A DNA stretch of 64,000 nucleotides, from assembly GCA_037447605.1 (NCBI GenBank), contig CM074811.1:744001-808000 (forward strand), given 5' to 3'. Under the pieces are notes generated by a model that saw nothing but the letters and a program-made list of their open reading frames with translations, did not search any database and was not told the origin of the DNA. The translations under genes and the position numbers were made by a program. Shown piece by piece: positions 1-11,516 of this stretch (its first letter is position 1; every line of letters starts with the position of its first letter). The stretch comes from Zygnema circumcarinatum SAG 698-1b. Lineage: Eukaryota; Plantae; Zygnematophyceae.

Positions 1-838
1 CGTGCAGTTAAATAGCAGTTCGTTACATTAGAAAGAACCGGGAACAAAAAGCGACCGGCAATGTAGGAAGAGCTTAGAGAAGTACAACCTAATTCCGATT
101 CTAATCCTGATCCTATGCAGAACTGGCAAATTAGAGAGGGGAGGGGATGGGGAGAGAGAGAGAGAGAGGGAGAGAAGGGACGACGAAAGGGGAAGGGGCA
201 GGNNNNNNNNNNAGAGGGGAGAGGGGAGAGGGGAGAGGGGAGAGAGGAGCGGTGGAAGGGGGAGGGGGACTCAACAAGCATCCACCAAGTTGACTTTATT
301 TTTAGTTAGTCCAATGCCAGGAATGCCCACGGCGTTCTTGGAAAGAAATCAGCTTCTGCTCCTTCAAGAATCAAAAAACAAGTCAGCACAAATTCCCATC
401 TAGCCCTAAATCTTCAAAAACACGGCTTTCGTGAGCCCGGCTTGGCCCCTTCCCCTACCTCCCTGCTCTAAACAACATGAAAGATAAGATCCGAGCGGCA
501 TATCCCTATTGCGTCGTAAAGGCCACCCTTTACCACCTAGCCACTCCCTGCAACTGGTTTTGGGTGACGTCAGGAAGTTTGAAGAAAGAGATACGTCTCC
601 CCTGCTGTCTGACTGCGAGCGAGATCAACAAGAAACTAGTATCTGCTCTTGGAGCGTGCTCCATGAAACTCCGAATCCGTTAAAATAACAAAAGGCCGTT
701 ATTGAGCCTCCATCCGCAAAACCACTCGAAGGAACAGTTGAGGTCAGAGGTCTATTATGGGTGGCCAGGACTCAGTCATGCTTGAAAAAAGATTGCCGAG
801 ATAACCAAAGGCCTCCCTCGTTGTCACTTGTATCCTCC

Positions 839-3575
839 CTATGCCGGTAGGTGCAGCTTCTTGTTATTCTTCCAGCTGCACCCATAGACCACGAGGCCAG
901 ATCGTAAATGACATAGCAACGCGGCCTGCATGGTTTTGTATGGCACGGACGGCTTTTTGATGCTTCAGACTTGCTCTTACTGAGTGGGTCGACAGCATAG
1001 TATACACTTTAACACGCCCGTAAGGCGCCTGTGCTACTCCTAGCCCTAATCCTGATCCTGACCCGAGCCCTAACCCTAACTCTAACCTGCTTGCTCGAAC
1101 CCTAACCCCTATCCAAAACCAGTGAATTCAATAGCAAAACCTTTCGAGCCTAACCCCCAATTGGCAATAAGAACCAACAGGACTGGGTTGTTTGAGAAGT
1201 ACGAAAAAGAAGACTGAAGTACGGCCACCCATCATGGCTGGAAAGTCTCCCCGTAAAACAACTTAGCGCACTCTATAGAAGCTTGCTATATTTTATCTAG
1301 TGCAGAATAATACCCTTCTGTAATGACTGACTCACTGACTCACTGCTTTTGTGTTCTTTTTTTGTTACCAGAATGCAAAATGATTGCCGTAGGAAGGCTG
1401 GGACTAGAGAAAGTAGGAATTGGGAACCATGTTTAGACTCATCCTTCTAGATTCTCAGGAATCATACCTCTTCAGATAGTAATAGAAAAAATCGCCATAG
1501 AGTGCTGTCTGGATGATACCAGCAGTCCACACTGTCGATTGATCACATCACCAACGATTCATCAGAGGGTTTTTTCAAACTTAGACAAAATATGGAAAAG
1601 AAGCGTGAAAATCGGATAAAGAACGTTGGATACAATTGCTACGTCCTCGAAAACAGAAAATCGCAGTATGAGGATAAAGAGGACGACTTGAGGAAAACCC
1701 CCAAAACCCTACAATGTATCGAAAGGTTCAGATGAAGCTCACCGATCCAATGCCTGTAATTCTTCTCTGTGTAGAATCGATAGATCCAATTAAGAAGGTA
1801 TAGTGACCGGTAAGCCCTGCCCAAAATAACCGCAAGTGCAATCGTTAATATACGTGTATCCCCTTCTGCGAAGGCTCAAGCAGGAATTAGGTTAAGTCGG
1901 ATTTAAGACAACATCAGCACTCAGACGAATTCTCGAAGCTTAAGAAGTATGAAAAGTAGCACCGAAGCTGTATGTTTTAGACTGGAATGTGAGCTATTTG
2001 CTTAACCCTAAAATGTGCATGGCAGTATATAGGTAAAAGCATTTTAATGCCTGATCCAGGGAAATTAACAAGTAAACGTTAAGTTTTAATGCATGCGCAG
2101 CCCGTGCAAAGCTAATGGACACAACATTAGATATAACTTAGAACAAATGGGGTTAGAGAGTGAGGAGAGAAGAGATCAAAGGGAGACGGGCAAGGGGAGA
2201 GACACAGAGAAGGGGGCGGTGACGGACTGCCTGAGCTTCACACCGACGATCCTTATCAGGTAATCACAATCAGTAGCCGACAAAGGATGAAAAACGACAC
2301 ACAAATTTGACAAAATGGAACGGCGGAAACAAGAGCTCCTGCAGCTGGACGAAAACTTGATCGTGATGAGCGTCTGCAGAAGGTGCAGCGGTTTCCTGAA
2401 GGGTACGCTCTCGCTTACCCTAAAAGGAATACGTAGTTGCCAGTGAGGTTGTCGATGTTCTTTGTTCTCTGCAACAGCACTAACTGCGGCAATATGGCAA
2501 CAGCCTCCAAATAGATCGAGAATGTCCAGAGCACCTGGTTTACTCCGAAGCGAGAGAGCGAGAGGGAGGGAGACAGAAAAAAACAGAGAAAGGAGATAGA
2601 GAGAGCGTGAAAGGGAAAGGAAAGGAAAGCGAGAGAATGAATGACAAATAGAGGGAAAGGGGGTGGGAGGGGAGGAAAAAGACAGGATCGAGATGTCAGA
2701 TGAGTCCTGAATTTCTCCAACATTCCAGGTGTTAAATGAAGCGCGTGGCAGATAAGCCATAAAATGACACTCGAAGAAGGAAAAAAGGTGGGCGGTGGAA
2801 GGGCGAGGCGAGGAGGGAGGTAGAAACTGTTTCAGAGTTTCTCTGTATTTTACACTGACCCAAGATTTTCGTGCAGTATTGTACAGAATAAGTATTTAAA
2901 AGCAAAATTCGACTGTAGATTACCTCCAAAAGTGTGAACTTCTCGTGGATGCAAAGCGCCAAGACGAAACAGGGGATGACCAAAAAGACATGGCGGAAGG
3001 TATCTTGCTCCTTGTCGTACTTCCTCCGCACCACAGGATCATATCTCATGTAGTACACGATGGCAAAGGAGCTTCCCAAGAATACTATCTTCATCAAAGT
3101 GTTGTATAGCGAGATAAAGCGGTAGAAGAGGTCAAGGTACCGCGTGATGAATACAAGCGCGTAGAGCTCCTGAGTCTTCAATGATATACCTGGGATGGAG
3201 CAGCACATGCGAATCAAATCTAGCGTCAGGAAAATATTTTCTTAGCTGAAATTCACTGAAACATATTTGCGTTCCTGCTGATTCTGACTTCCTTGACCAT
3301 GCTTCGTTCCCCTTACGTTAGACCATGGAAAATGGAGAGTGTCTAGAAAGTCTGAGCGAAAAAATGCTGCTCCGAAACAGCGGATCGGCAGTGATACTGA
3401 CTTGCAAATGCCAATCAAATATGCTTCAAATCGAGCACGCATGGCTTGAACAGTGTTTGGAATGTCAAAATCTGCACAGTCGCATCTTACCGGCACATGA
3501 TTTCGTAGTCTTCAGTAGCAGTAATAATATACTCAACAGGTGAGTCATATCCCCTGCTAACCGAAAAATATTCAT
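839..3575 (-). CDS. ERD2: ER lumen protein-retaining (KDEL/HDEL) receptor, 6 coding exons, ~213 aa
   Basis: Exons 3575-3491, 3189-2924, 2534-2419, 1816-1743, 1531-1468, 875-839; all junctions GT-AG and phase-consistent. Protein MNIFRLAGDMTHLLS...GISLKTQELYALVFITRYLDLF...WTFSIYLEAVAILPQL...QTALYGDFFYYY...WKNNKKLHLPA*, ending in the plant-type LxLPA motif. Confidence 0.97.
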
Positions 3576-5051
3576 CGTGCCTATTTTCTGAAGGGACAAT
3601 CAAGATCGACAACAGTCAAGAACGAATCTGTGAGCGATCTTGCTACTGTCTGAACAGATACTGTGGGCCTCAAACTGTGAATGTTGCTACTTCTCACATC
3701 ACCCTCCTTCCTGCTGCCGAAGTTTTCTGAAACCCGAAAATCAAGACGAGAAGGGAAAATCCGAAGGCACTTCGATTCAATGTTGTAAGTATTGGAAAAG
3801 CACAGGCGCTTCAATATGAGATTGCTTGCTGCATGCGACCCTAAAAAAACAAGTTGTGCAGGCTTGGAAAGTGAGAGCGTAGTGAGAAAAAGAGAGCTGG
3901 GGAGGGGGGAGAGAGAGACAAGAGTTGACTTACTCCGAAAGGCGTTCACACTTGCCAGGACGTACAACGACGACTCTGCTCCGGCCATCTCGAGTGTTCA
4001 GACATCTGGATCTCGGCTTGCAAGAAGCACTAAATTGTGCCAAGTTTGTGGCACAACACGCTCTCACATCAACATTGTTCCAACATTGTTCATTTCATGT
4101 CCTCGCCCTCGCGATGTCAATAGCAATTCACTTGTCTCCCTTTTCGTTTGTGATTTGAGGACATTCCCATCCAGGAAATGCGGAGAGGTAGTCTTCCATG
4201 GAGGCTCTAGGCATGTCTAGCCCATTGCCATACACTACAAGAAGCGGTCTCACGATGCCGATGATGTCACAAGTGCAACCAACATGGACGAAAACAGCAA
4301 CATGGGGGAACCACGAGGAGCTCGCTCTTACCATAATCGGAGCATCTGTCATGTTGTTGGGCTATGTCTTGACATGAAACCTTGGAGGACATGAAGAACA
4401 TGAACATGCCCACGACATAGCACATACGTAGGACATGAAGTCCATGCGCAACATGCCCACGGGCCTACCGCCCGCCGTAGCGATCGTGGCCTCGTCGCTC
4501 CGCCTCCCGCCCGTTGCCCTCCACGATGCCACGTCATCCCTAGCCGCCTCTTCACAAGTCCACCACGTGGCATTCCAGCCCTGCCTCGTGTCACAAAAAC
4601 TGTCATCTGTCTCCTTCTCACGTGTAATATTGCCCATTGAATCGTCCACGTGTAACTCTGTCCACGTGTCGAGATTTTGGCTGACGTGGTACCCGTGCGG
4701 CCCGTTGGCCCGTACCGGGTCTGGCGGCGCCTTTCGCGGTGTGGGCACGGTCGCAAACGGGTCAACTCCGCGGAAGCTTCCCGCTCTGCTCTCGCCCCTT
4801 CACTTTTTACCTCTCTCCCTCTCTCGCTCTCCGTTGCCAGCTCTCCCTCTCGCCTCCCTCTTCTTCGTCTCCTCCCTTCATCTCTGGTCTCTCTATCTCA
4901 GAGTGAGGTGGGCTATACTATATTGGTAGCGTCTGGTTTGAGCAGGGGAGTAAGGAGGAGCAATCTCGGTACAGAAGCTCTAGCGGAGCTCCAGTAAAGC
5001 CGAGAAATTCCAGGAGGAAGGAGTCGCCCGGCCACTTTTTAGGTTTTCAAT

Positions 5052-5423
5052 ATGGCTGCCACGCGCACACCGCCTGTGCTTCTAGTTCTTTTTTTGATAT
5101 CCTTTGTTGCCCTTTCTCAGAGTAGGTGCTCCGTATATGATGATAGTGAGAGTCCAGCCCCAGCTATGGCTCCTGAAGCAGGACCTCCAGCGCCAGGAAT
5201 GGTGCCAGTGGGGGCTCCTGCTTATGTTCCCGTCCCAGCCCCTGCTCCCGCCCCTCAGGCAGGGAACAATACTTGCTATGCTGTTACCGGAGGGGGAGCC
5301 TACTTGATCGAGTGTTTGCCCCCCCAATCATGCTGTGGAGGGAGTCAAGGCATCTGCCACCCTGCTTGTGGAGCGACGAAGTGTTGCGCTGTGGTAAGCT
5401 GCGAGTCTTTGGTATGGGCGTGA
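5052..5423 (+). CDS. Small secreted protein: signal peptide, AP/PA-rich arabinogalactan-like segment, Cys-rich C-terminal domain (123 aa, single exon)
   Basis: Intact ORF. Hydrophobic N-terminus (VLLVLFLISFVALS), then SPAPAMAPEAGPPAPG...PVPAPAPAP, then 9 Cys in the last ~50 aa. Family not recognised. Confidence 0.75.
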   Translation: MAATRTPPVLLVLFLISFVALSQSRCSVYDDSESPAPAMAPEAGPPAPGMVPVGAPAYVPVPAPAPAPQAGNNTCYAVTGGGAYLIECLPPQSCCGGSQGICHPACGATKCCAVVSCESLVWA

Positions 5424-7779
5424 GGTGTCGCAGTCCTTTGTGGGCCCCATTCAAAGGGAGGAGTGTGGGCGGTTCTAAGGTTTAGGAGTTTTCCTTTTTC
5501 TTTTTTCTTTCTCAATAAATGATTTAGAGAGCAGAAGGAGCTAGAAGTAGTGTGAAACAGTTATACAGGCCGTTAACAGTGGTGAGGCCGAGAGACCTAC
5601 GAGAGGGTTGAAAGAGAGAGAGAGTGAGAGAGAACCTGGCTTGTTCCCACAGGGCTATCGGTTGGGTATGTACAAAGTGTGGAGAGAGCGAGTGAAGATA
5701 AGAGGGCAGTGAAGGAGTGATGAGAGGGAGGGGAAGAGAAAACGGATAGAAGGAGAGACGACTTATAGGGAGGGGAGGTGAGACAGGAGAGGAAGAGGAG
5801 TGAGAAGGAGAGGGACAGAGACGCAGTTTATGTGTTCACAAGATATAGCGTAGATGAATGGGTATTGCATTCGCTCTCAGCTTCCCTTGGGATTTCCTTT
5901 GTGTGTGCAGTTTGACACTACCACGACATGCTGTGGAGATGTTTGCTGCAAAACTAGCGACTGCGTGGACAACGTGTGTTCTTCTGCAAGGCGGTAAATG
6001 AAACGAATGCTGGCTGCGGCCGGTCATGTCGTTTGGAAGAGAGAGATTGAGAGAGAGGGGAAGAGGGAAAGGGACTAATGAGAGGCATCTCTGACTGCTT
6101 CTACATGTGCCCGACCAAGGCCCTTTTTGACGTTGGGAATGAAGCAGAAATAGGTTCATACGCTTTCTGTACATACGACCCAAAAATGGCGTTTCTCATT
6201 GGTGAAACATTAGATATTGGAATTTTTTAGGCCACTGGAAAAGAAAAAGGAAAAAGAACGTAAACGGTTTTATATTCAGGTCTGAGCCTTCAATTTTGCA
6301 GCTACATTTCTTTGCTAAGTAACAGTATACGAGTATACCTCGCTTCCTAGATAGCTCAGTTCCCGGCTTTCATTTTTATATATGTATTTTATGGAGTGTA
6401 AGTTTTTTTACTCCTGCGGAAGTTTGAGGATGGATTGGCATTGATTTCATTATGGCTATGCCACCAAATGTACATGGACAAAGACGAAATGTAGAACCAA
6501 GGCGAACCGATCACAAAGACCTAGGAATGAAAGAAAAGCTTTGGGCATAACCCTGCTTCCGGGCCCAAAAAAACGGCTACAGGAGCCGGGATTGTCTCCT
6601 TTGGGAAAAGTTGTGTTCACTTTTTGTATGGTCAGTTGGGAGGAGAGTGGAGACCATACCTGGAGCCCAATGCTGAGAGGCGTGACTTCACAGTACGTGT
6701 GAGAGTCTGCCAAAATCAGTCTTGCACTTAAGTTTTAGGATTTCCAATAATTGCGTCCCATGTTCAACCACAAACATGGCAGGAAGTGGAGTAACTGGCA
6801 GCGTGTGCTCCACTGGTTTCCGCAAAGACGTTTTACCTTCCAATCTTGAATCAAAAGACCAATTCGTCATTGGCACAAATACCTTGGCACTTCGGCAGGA
6901 AGCAGATCCTTCATTTTCAAGTGGCTGTGGCTCGTGACTCTTGATTCCTAACCTTAAGTACTTAGCCATGACAAGACCCAGCTAAGAGGTTCTCCCCGAG
7001 TAAGGTTTTCCCGGTTGTTATTCATGTAAAAACTTCATCACAGCCTACAATACGGGCCCATTGCTACTGGCAAAATAAAGTCATTATAGAAAATGCCAGT
7101 TCCGGATTCACGACCAACTTAGTCACGAGCTTACATTGTTTGGTTTGCTGTACCTCAAGCAACTAATTTCATTACTGGTCTATTAGTCCTAATAAGTTTG
7201 CTTTTCCAGAAGCAATGGAAACCTCTTACAGCCACCAAAGGCAATTCGTTTCTTTGTCATATCATACGTCGAGTACATTTGGGAATTCCCAGAACCGTTC
7301 AGCTCAGTGGTATGCTGAAAAGGCTGAGGGAACCTGGAATAAAACCAGCACGTTTTCATGGGGGTCGACCTGGATTCCATTGTCAAGGTCAAGCCATCGT
7401 ACGATCCTATGCCAGGAGGAACCAAACAACCACGCATTTCTTCCCGCCAAGCAGCCACCCATCCACATTCAGGCCCACTTTGAAGTTGAGAGAGGGCGTT
7501 TGGGAGTGGAAGGGAGAGAGAGGGACGCCGGTACTGCTCAACACAGCTTCCAAGAAGTAGTGGGCTTGCCAAAAAGTTGCAAATGGCGGTTACATTCTTT
7601 GGAATCACGACCATGAAGGACCTCAGTAACTGAGACCGTAAGAACAAAATTGAATGGTGTAAGGAGCGGACGGCTGCGATACATCAGATTGCTTCCAACC
7701 CTTCCGGATTTTGACTTCATGTCAATGTCGGCATATCGTACGTTACTGTGCTGCTCGAGAGCTGAAGCAGCCTAGAGAC

Positions 7780-9733
7780 TCAATCGTACACCCACTTGTG
7801 GCTGTCAAGGTTGTAGTTCAGCAACTCCTCCGGCTTAAACCACAACGCAATCTCTGCCTTGGCTGTTTCAGGGCCATCCGATCCATGAATAATGTTTCTG
7901 CAAATCAAAATTGCCAAATCGATGAATACTGCACTTACCTGATCCAAGACTTCCGAGGGAAACACGATGCAACTTGTGTTGAGAAATCTGATGATGCATA
8001 CCTGCCGACGATCACAGCCAAGTCGCCTCGAATCGTCCCCGGCTCCGAAGCTGCTCATTCCAACCAGCATGCCGTATCAAATATCATTCATCATCCCGAT
8101 ACATGAGTACACAGCGGGGTTGGACCACTGATAGAACTCAGGATTAGCCTTTCGCAAGGAATATAGCTTACCAAGAGGACTTGTTGCACCAATCATCTTG
8201 CGGCCATATTTAATCACACCAGGTCCTTCCCACACCTGCAAAAGACAAATGAAAGACATTATTTTGCGCCAACGACAGGAATAACAGGGACCGAAAGCAA
8301 AGCACAGGGGTGTTTCAAACCTCCCCATACGGAAGTCGATATTGACTACAACAGGCCACAATATCTGGTACTTGCGATTATGTCAGTGAAAAACCCTATT
8401 TTTTTGCCAGTCAGATTCCAGTCGTCTAACTATCCGACAAGCTATTCAGTAAACTTGAGCAGGTGTTTCGATCAGACACCTACCATAGCGATAACAGGGC
8501 CAGAGCTCAGAAAATCTGTGAGGCCATTGAAGAATGGACGACCCCTGAGGTCATCATAGTGCTTCTCGGCAAACTCCTTTGAAACAACGACGGCCTTGAT
8601 GGCGACCAACTTATATCCCTTCCTCTCAAATCTCCCGAGGATTTCAGAGACCTGCCCCAAATATTTAACCAAGAGGCGTTAAAAGGCGTTTCTGTCCCGG
8701 TGATGATGCTCAGCTGCTCCTTCAACAAAACATATAACCTGACTACGTACATTCAAGAGACGCATGCTGCCTTATTTTTTAGGACTTGACGATGCTATAT
8801 TTGTGTGTCCGCCAACCAAATGCTCCTGTTTGCCTAGCCTTCCGGCTTAATGAATTACCGGAAAAAGTCAAATTAAAAGTTTAATAACTCAAGGACAAAC
8901 CCATCCACATTGCTATGAGTTAAAAATCCATTGCAAACCTTTCATCATTATCAGCAATATGAAGCATCATTCTAACTGGAAGAAAACAGAACCGCTGCAC
9001 GTACCAGGCCACGCTGAACACCGTCTGGCTTGATTGCAATGAAGGTACGCTCCATTTCAGCTGCATGGACGTACTCCGAAGACGCAAATGCTGCAAGAAA
9101 GTTCCAGACATGGTACATCTGAGAGCTGATTAAATCGACGAGAAAGGCCTTCAAGCACAGAAGAAATGTGACGGGAGCTCATCTGATCTCATCAAAAGGG
9201 CGGGTTCAGGACAAGATGTACCCCTCACCTGCAGCAGCAGCGGCAGGCAGCAGCAGAGCTGCCGCTGACCACTGCGAGCTGCTGCGGTTGTAGAAGGACG
9301 ATCTTACGACGGCAAGCGCCTGCTGTCCATTGGTGGCAGCTGCTCCGACTGCAGTCTTTCCAACTGCATTACAGCATCCTTTAAAGCTTCAGTAAACAGT
9401 CTCCTGACCATCCACATTTCAGCCTTCAGGTAAACCTTCCAGCCATACTTCTAAGAGTCTGTCATCCACATCGCGGGTGATCTTGAAGCTCCTGACGAAG
9501 GAAACCGCACTTCGGTAAATGACACAGCTTAGCGGTCCAGCCGTTTGTATTCAGATCGACCGATCCATACACAAAAAACCATAAGAAATACAAAAAACTC
9601 AATATTGATAACCCGGCATCCTCGTCCAAAACCGATCTAGCAACAGCACAACCTCCTTACCAGCCTTTGCAACCGGCCCTTGGAATGCAGCCGCAACAGC
9701 CCGAGCCGCTCTCCTCAGATATGTGGCCCTCAT
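7780..9733 (-). CDS. NDPK3: Nucleoside diphosphate kinase with N-terminal organellar targeting extension (NDPK3/4-like), 7 exons, ~230 aa
   Basis: Exons 9733-9661, 9363-9229, 9090-9005, 8651-8484, 8235-8172, 8050-8002, 7897-7780. Motifs [47 protein letters not shown] (active-site His). Arg/Ala-rich presequence [16 protein letters not shown]. Confidence 0.95.
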
Positions 9734-10179
9734 GGCGTCTTCAAATAGTATAATATTCCAAGAACAAAGTGTTTCAAGAAAGCGAGAAAGCGGCAGAGCT
9801 TCTCTTTGCAGGGAAAGCAAAACACCTCAAAAGCTACTTCCCTTCTTGGGCCCTTCGATTTGGGACTTCTACAAGTACTGAAAAATGAGCCAATGGTGAT
9901 CTGCCACGTGCTTCAAACTGTACACATGGCAAGTTGCTATTGGTGTAAGCCCGCGACCGCTCAGCTCCGTTGTCTACGACGACATGTATCCCGCGGGCCG
10001 GAGAGTGGGGGAAGGCAAAATCCGTCTCGGCATCTTCGCAAATAATTGCAATTTTTGGTCATTTAGAATCGAATTTTAATTCACGATCATTGGACGGTCG
10101 AGATTCGCTTCTCTTGAAATCTAACGGTTCTTATTTCACATATAATTCACCTTTGGAAAACTTCCACAGTTCGGACCAG

Positions 10180-10830
10180 TGGATCGGCAACCATTGGACA
10201 ACCATTGGATGGCAATGGTTGGACGTCTACTGGTTGGCAACCAGTCGAATGGATGTTTCGGTCCGCAACCACTGGTTGGCAACCAGTCGAATGGTTATAT
10301 CCATTAAATCAAATGGTTGGCAACCATTAAATCACTAGTTGTAGCGAACTGAACGCTACAGTTAGCAAAATGTCGTCGGCGTTTCGGAGAAAACTATTAC
10401 GGTTCGGCCGTACAGAATCTCCGTACAACCGTACGACTCGATTGTACGGATTCGTACGCATCTGTACGCATCAGGCTTGTTACACTAGTTGTTAACGGTT
10501 GGCAACCCACCAAAAAACACATACGACCCATGAAAGTTTGCTATCGTTGCATACGACCCATGAAAGTTTGCTATCGTTGCATACGACCCATTTTTGCAAA
10601 AAGGCATAATTTCAGAAATTCAATGGTTGCCAACCATTGGATCACTGGTTCCGAACCAGTCGAATGGTTGTTTCAGTCCTGCGCCACTGGTTCGCAACCA
10701 GTCGAATGGTTGTTTCGATCCGGCGGCACTGGTTGGCAACCAGTCGAATGGTTGCCAACCAGTGGCATCCAGTCGAATGGTTGTTTCGGTCCGCAACCAC
10801 TGGTTGCCAACCAGTCGACTGGTTTGTCTA
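10180..10830. repeat. Degenerate palindromic tandem array (~42-bp unit ACCAGTCGAATGGTTGTTTC...CACTGGTTGGCA) in two blocks, plus a 30-bp tandem duplication at ~10519-10590
   Basis: Units start at 10655, 10697 and 10739 (42-bp period). A near-identical unit lies at ~10243-10295. CATACGACCCATGAAAGTTTGCTATCGTTG occurs twice. Confidence 0.85.
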
Positions 10831-11516
10831 ATGGTCCGATCTGTGAAAACTTCTGCAATTCTCATTTACCGTATGGTACGCTTATTTCTTTTTTCAGAAA
10901 ATTCGATCGACGGAACCGTACAGAAGAATATCCGTACGAAAATGTACAAACATGTACTGTACGGTTCTCATGGTTTCATACCATGACCGTACAGTCCTTC
11001 AAATGGAATGTGTATGGCTGGGAATTGGCCTGCCAAAAGAGGCTTCTTTTGCTACCTTTTAGATGTGTCAACAAAAAAAAAAAAATGTCAATAAAATGTT
11101 TAAGCTTTTGGGGCTAACCGAGCCAAGAACGTAAATTATTGTTTACTTTGCTAAGTTTGTTTCTATAACGAACTTCAATCTATTCCAGATCCGTTCTCCA
11201 TGTTTACACATCAACGAACTAGAACGGAAAGAGTGACACATGGACACGGGTACATGTTTCAAGGGGCCGGAACATGGAACTCCGCTCTAGCAAAATTATT
11301 ACTGATTTTCAGCCAACTGAATGGGCACAGAACTGCTTTAGGATTGCTCAAATTACTCCCTACTGAGCCACCAAAGGGAGCAGACAGTCCCTTTCTCAAC
11401 ACTCCCCCTCCTACCGCCTTCAGGAGATGCTATGACCTAACAAAACTTTTCTTCTCGGATACAACATAAAAAATCAAACAAACTCAAGCAAGCAGGCTGT
11501 TCTGCGTCCCCCCCAC

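Noticed and set aside
6340-6380. tRNA A-box-like TAGCTCAGTT
   Set aside because: There is no B-box (GTTCRA) or cloverleaf downstream.
10180-10830. CRISPR interpretation of the 42-bp array (and of the 22-bp array at 41446)
   Set aside because: There are no unique spacers between conserved repeats and no cas genes, and the context is eukaryotic and intron-rich.
10530-11117. 195-aa and 130-aa repetitive ORFs
   Set aside because: They are translations of the stop-poor palindromic array.
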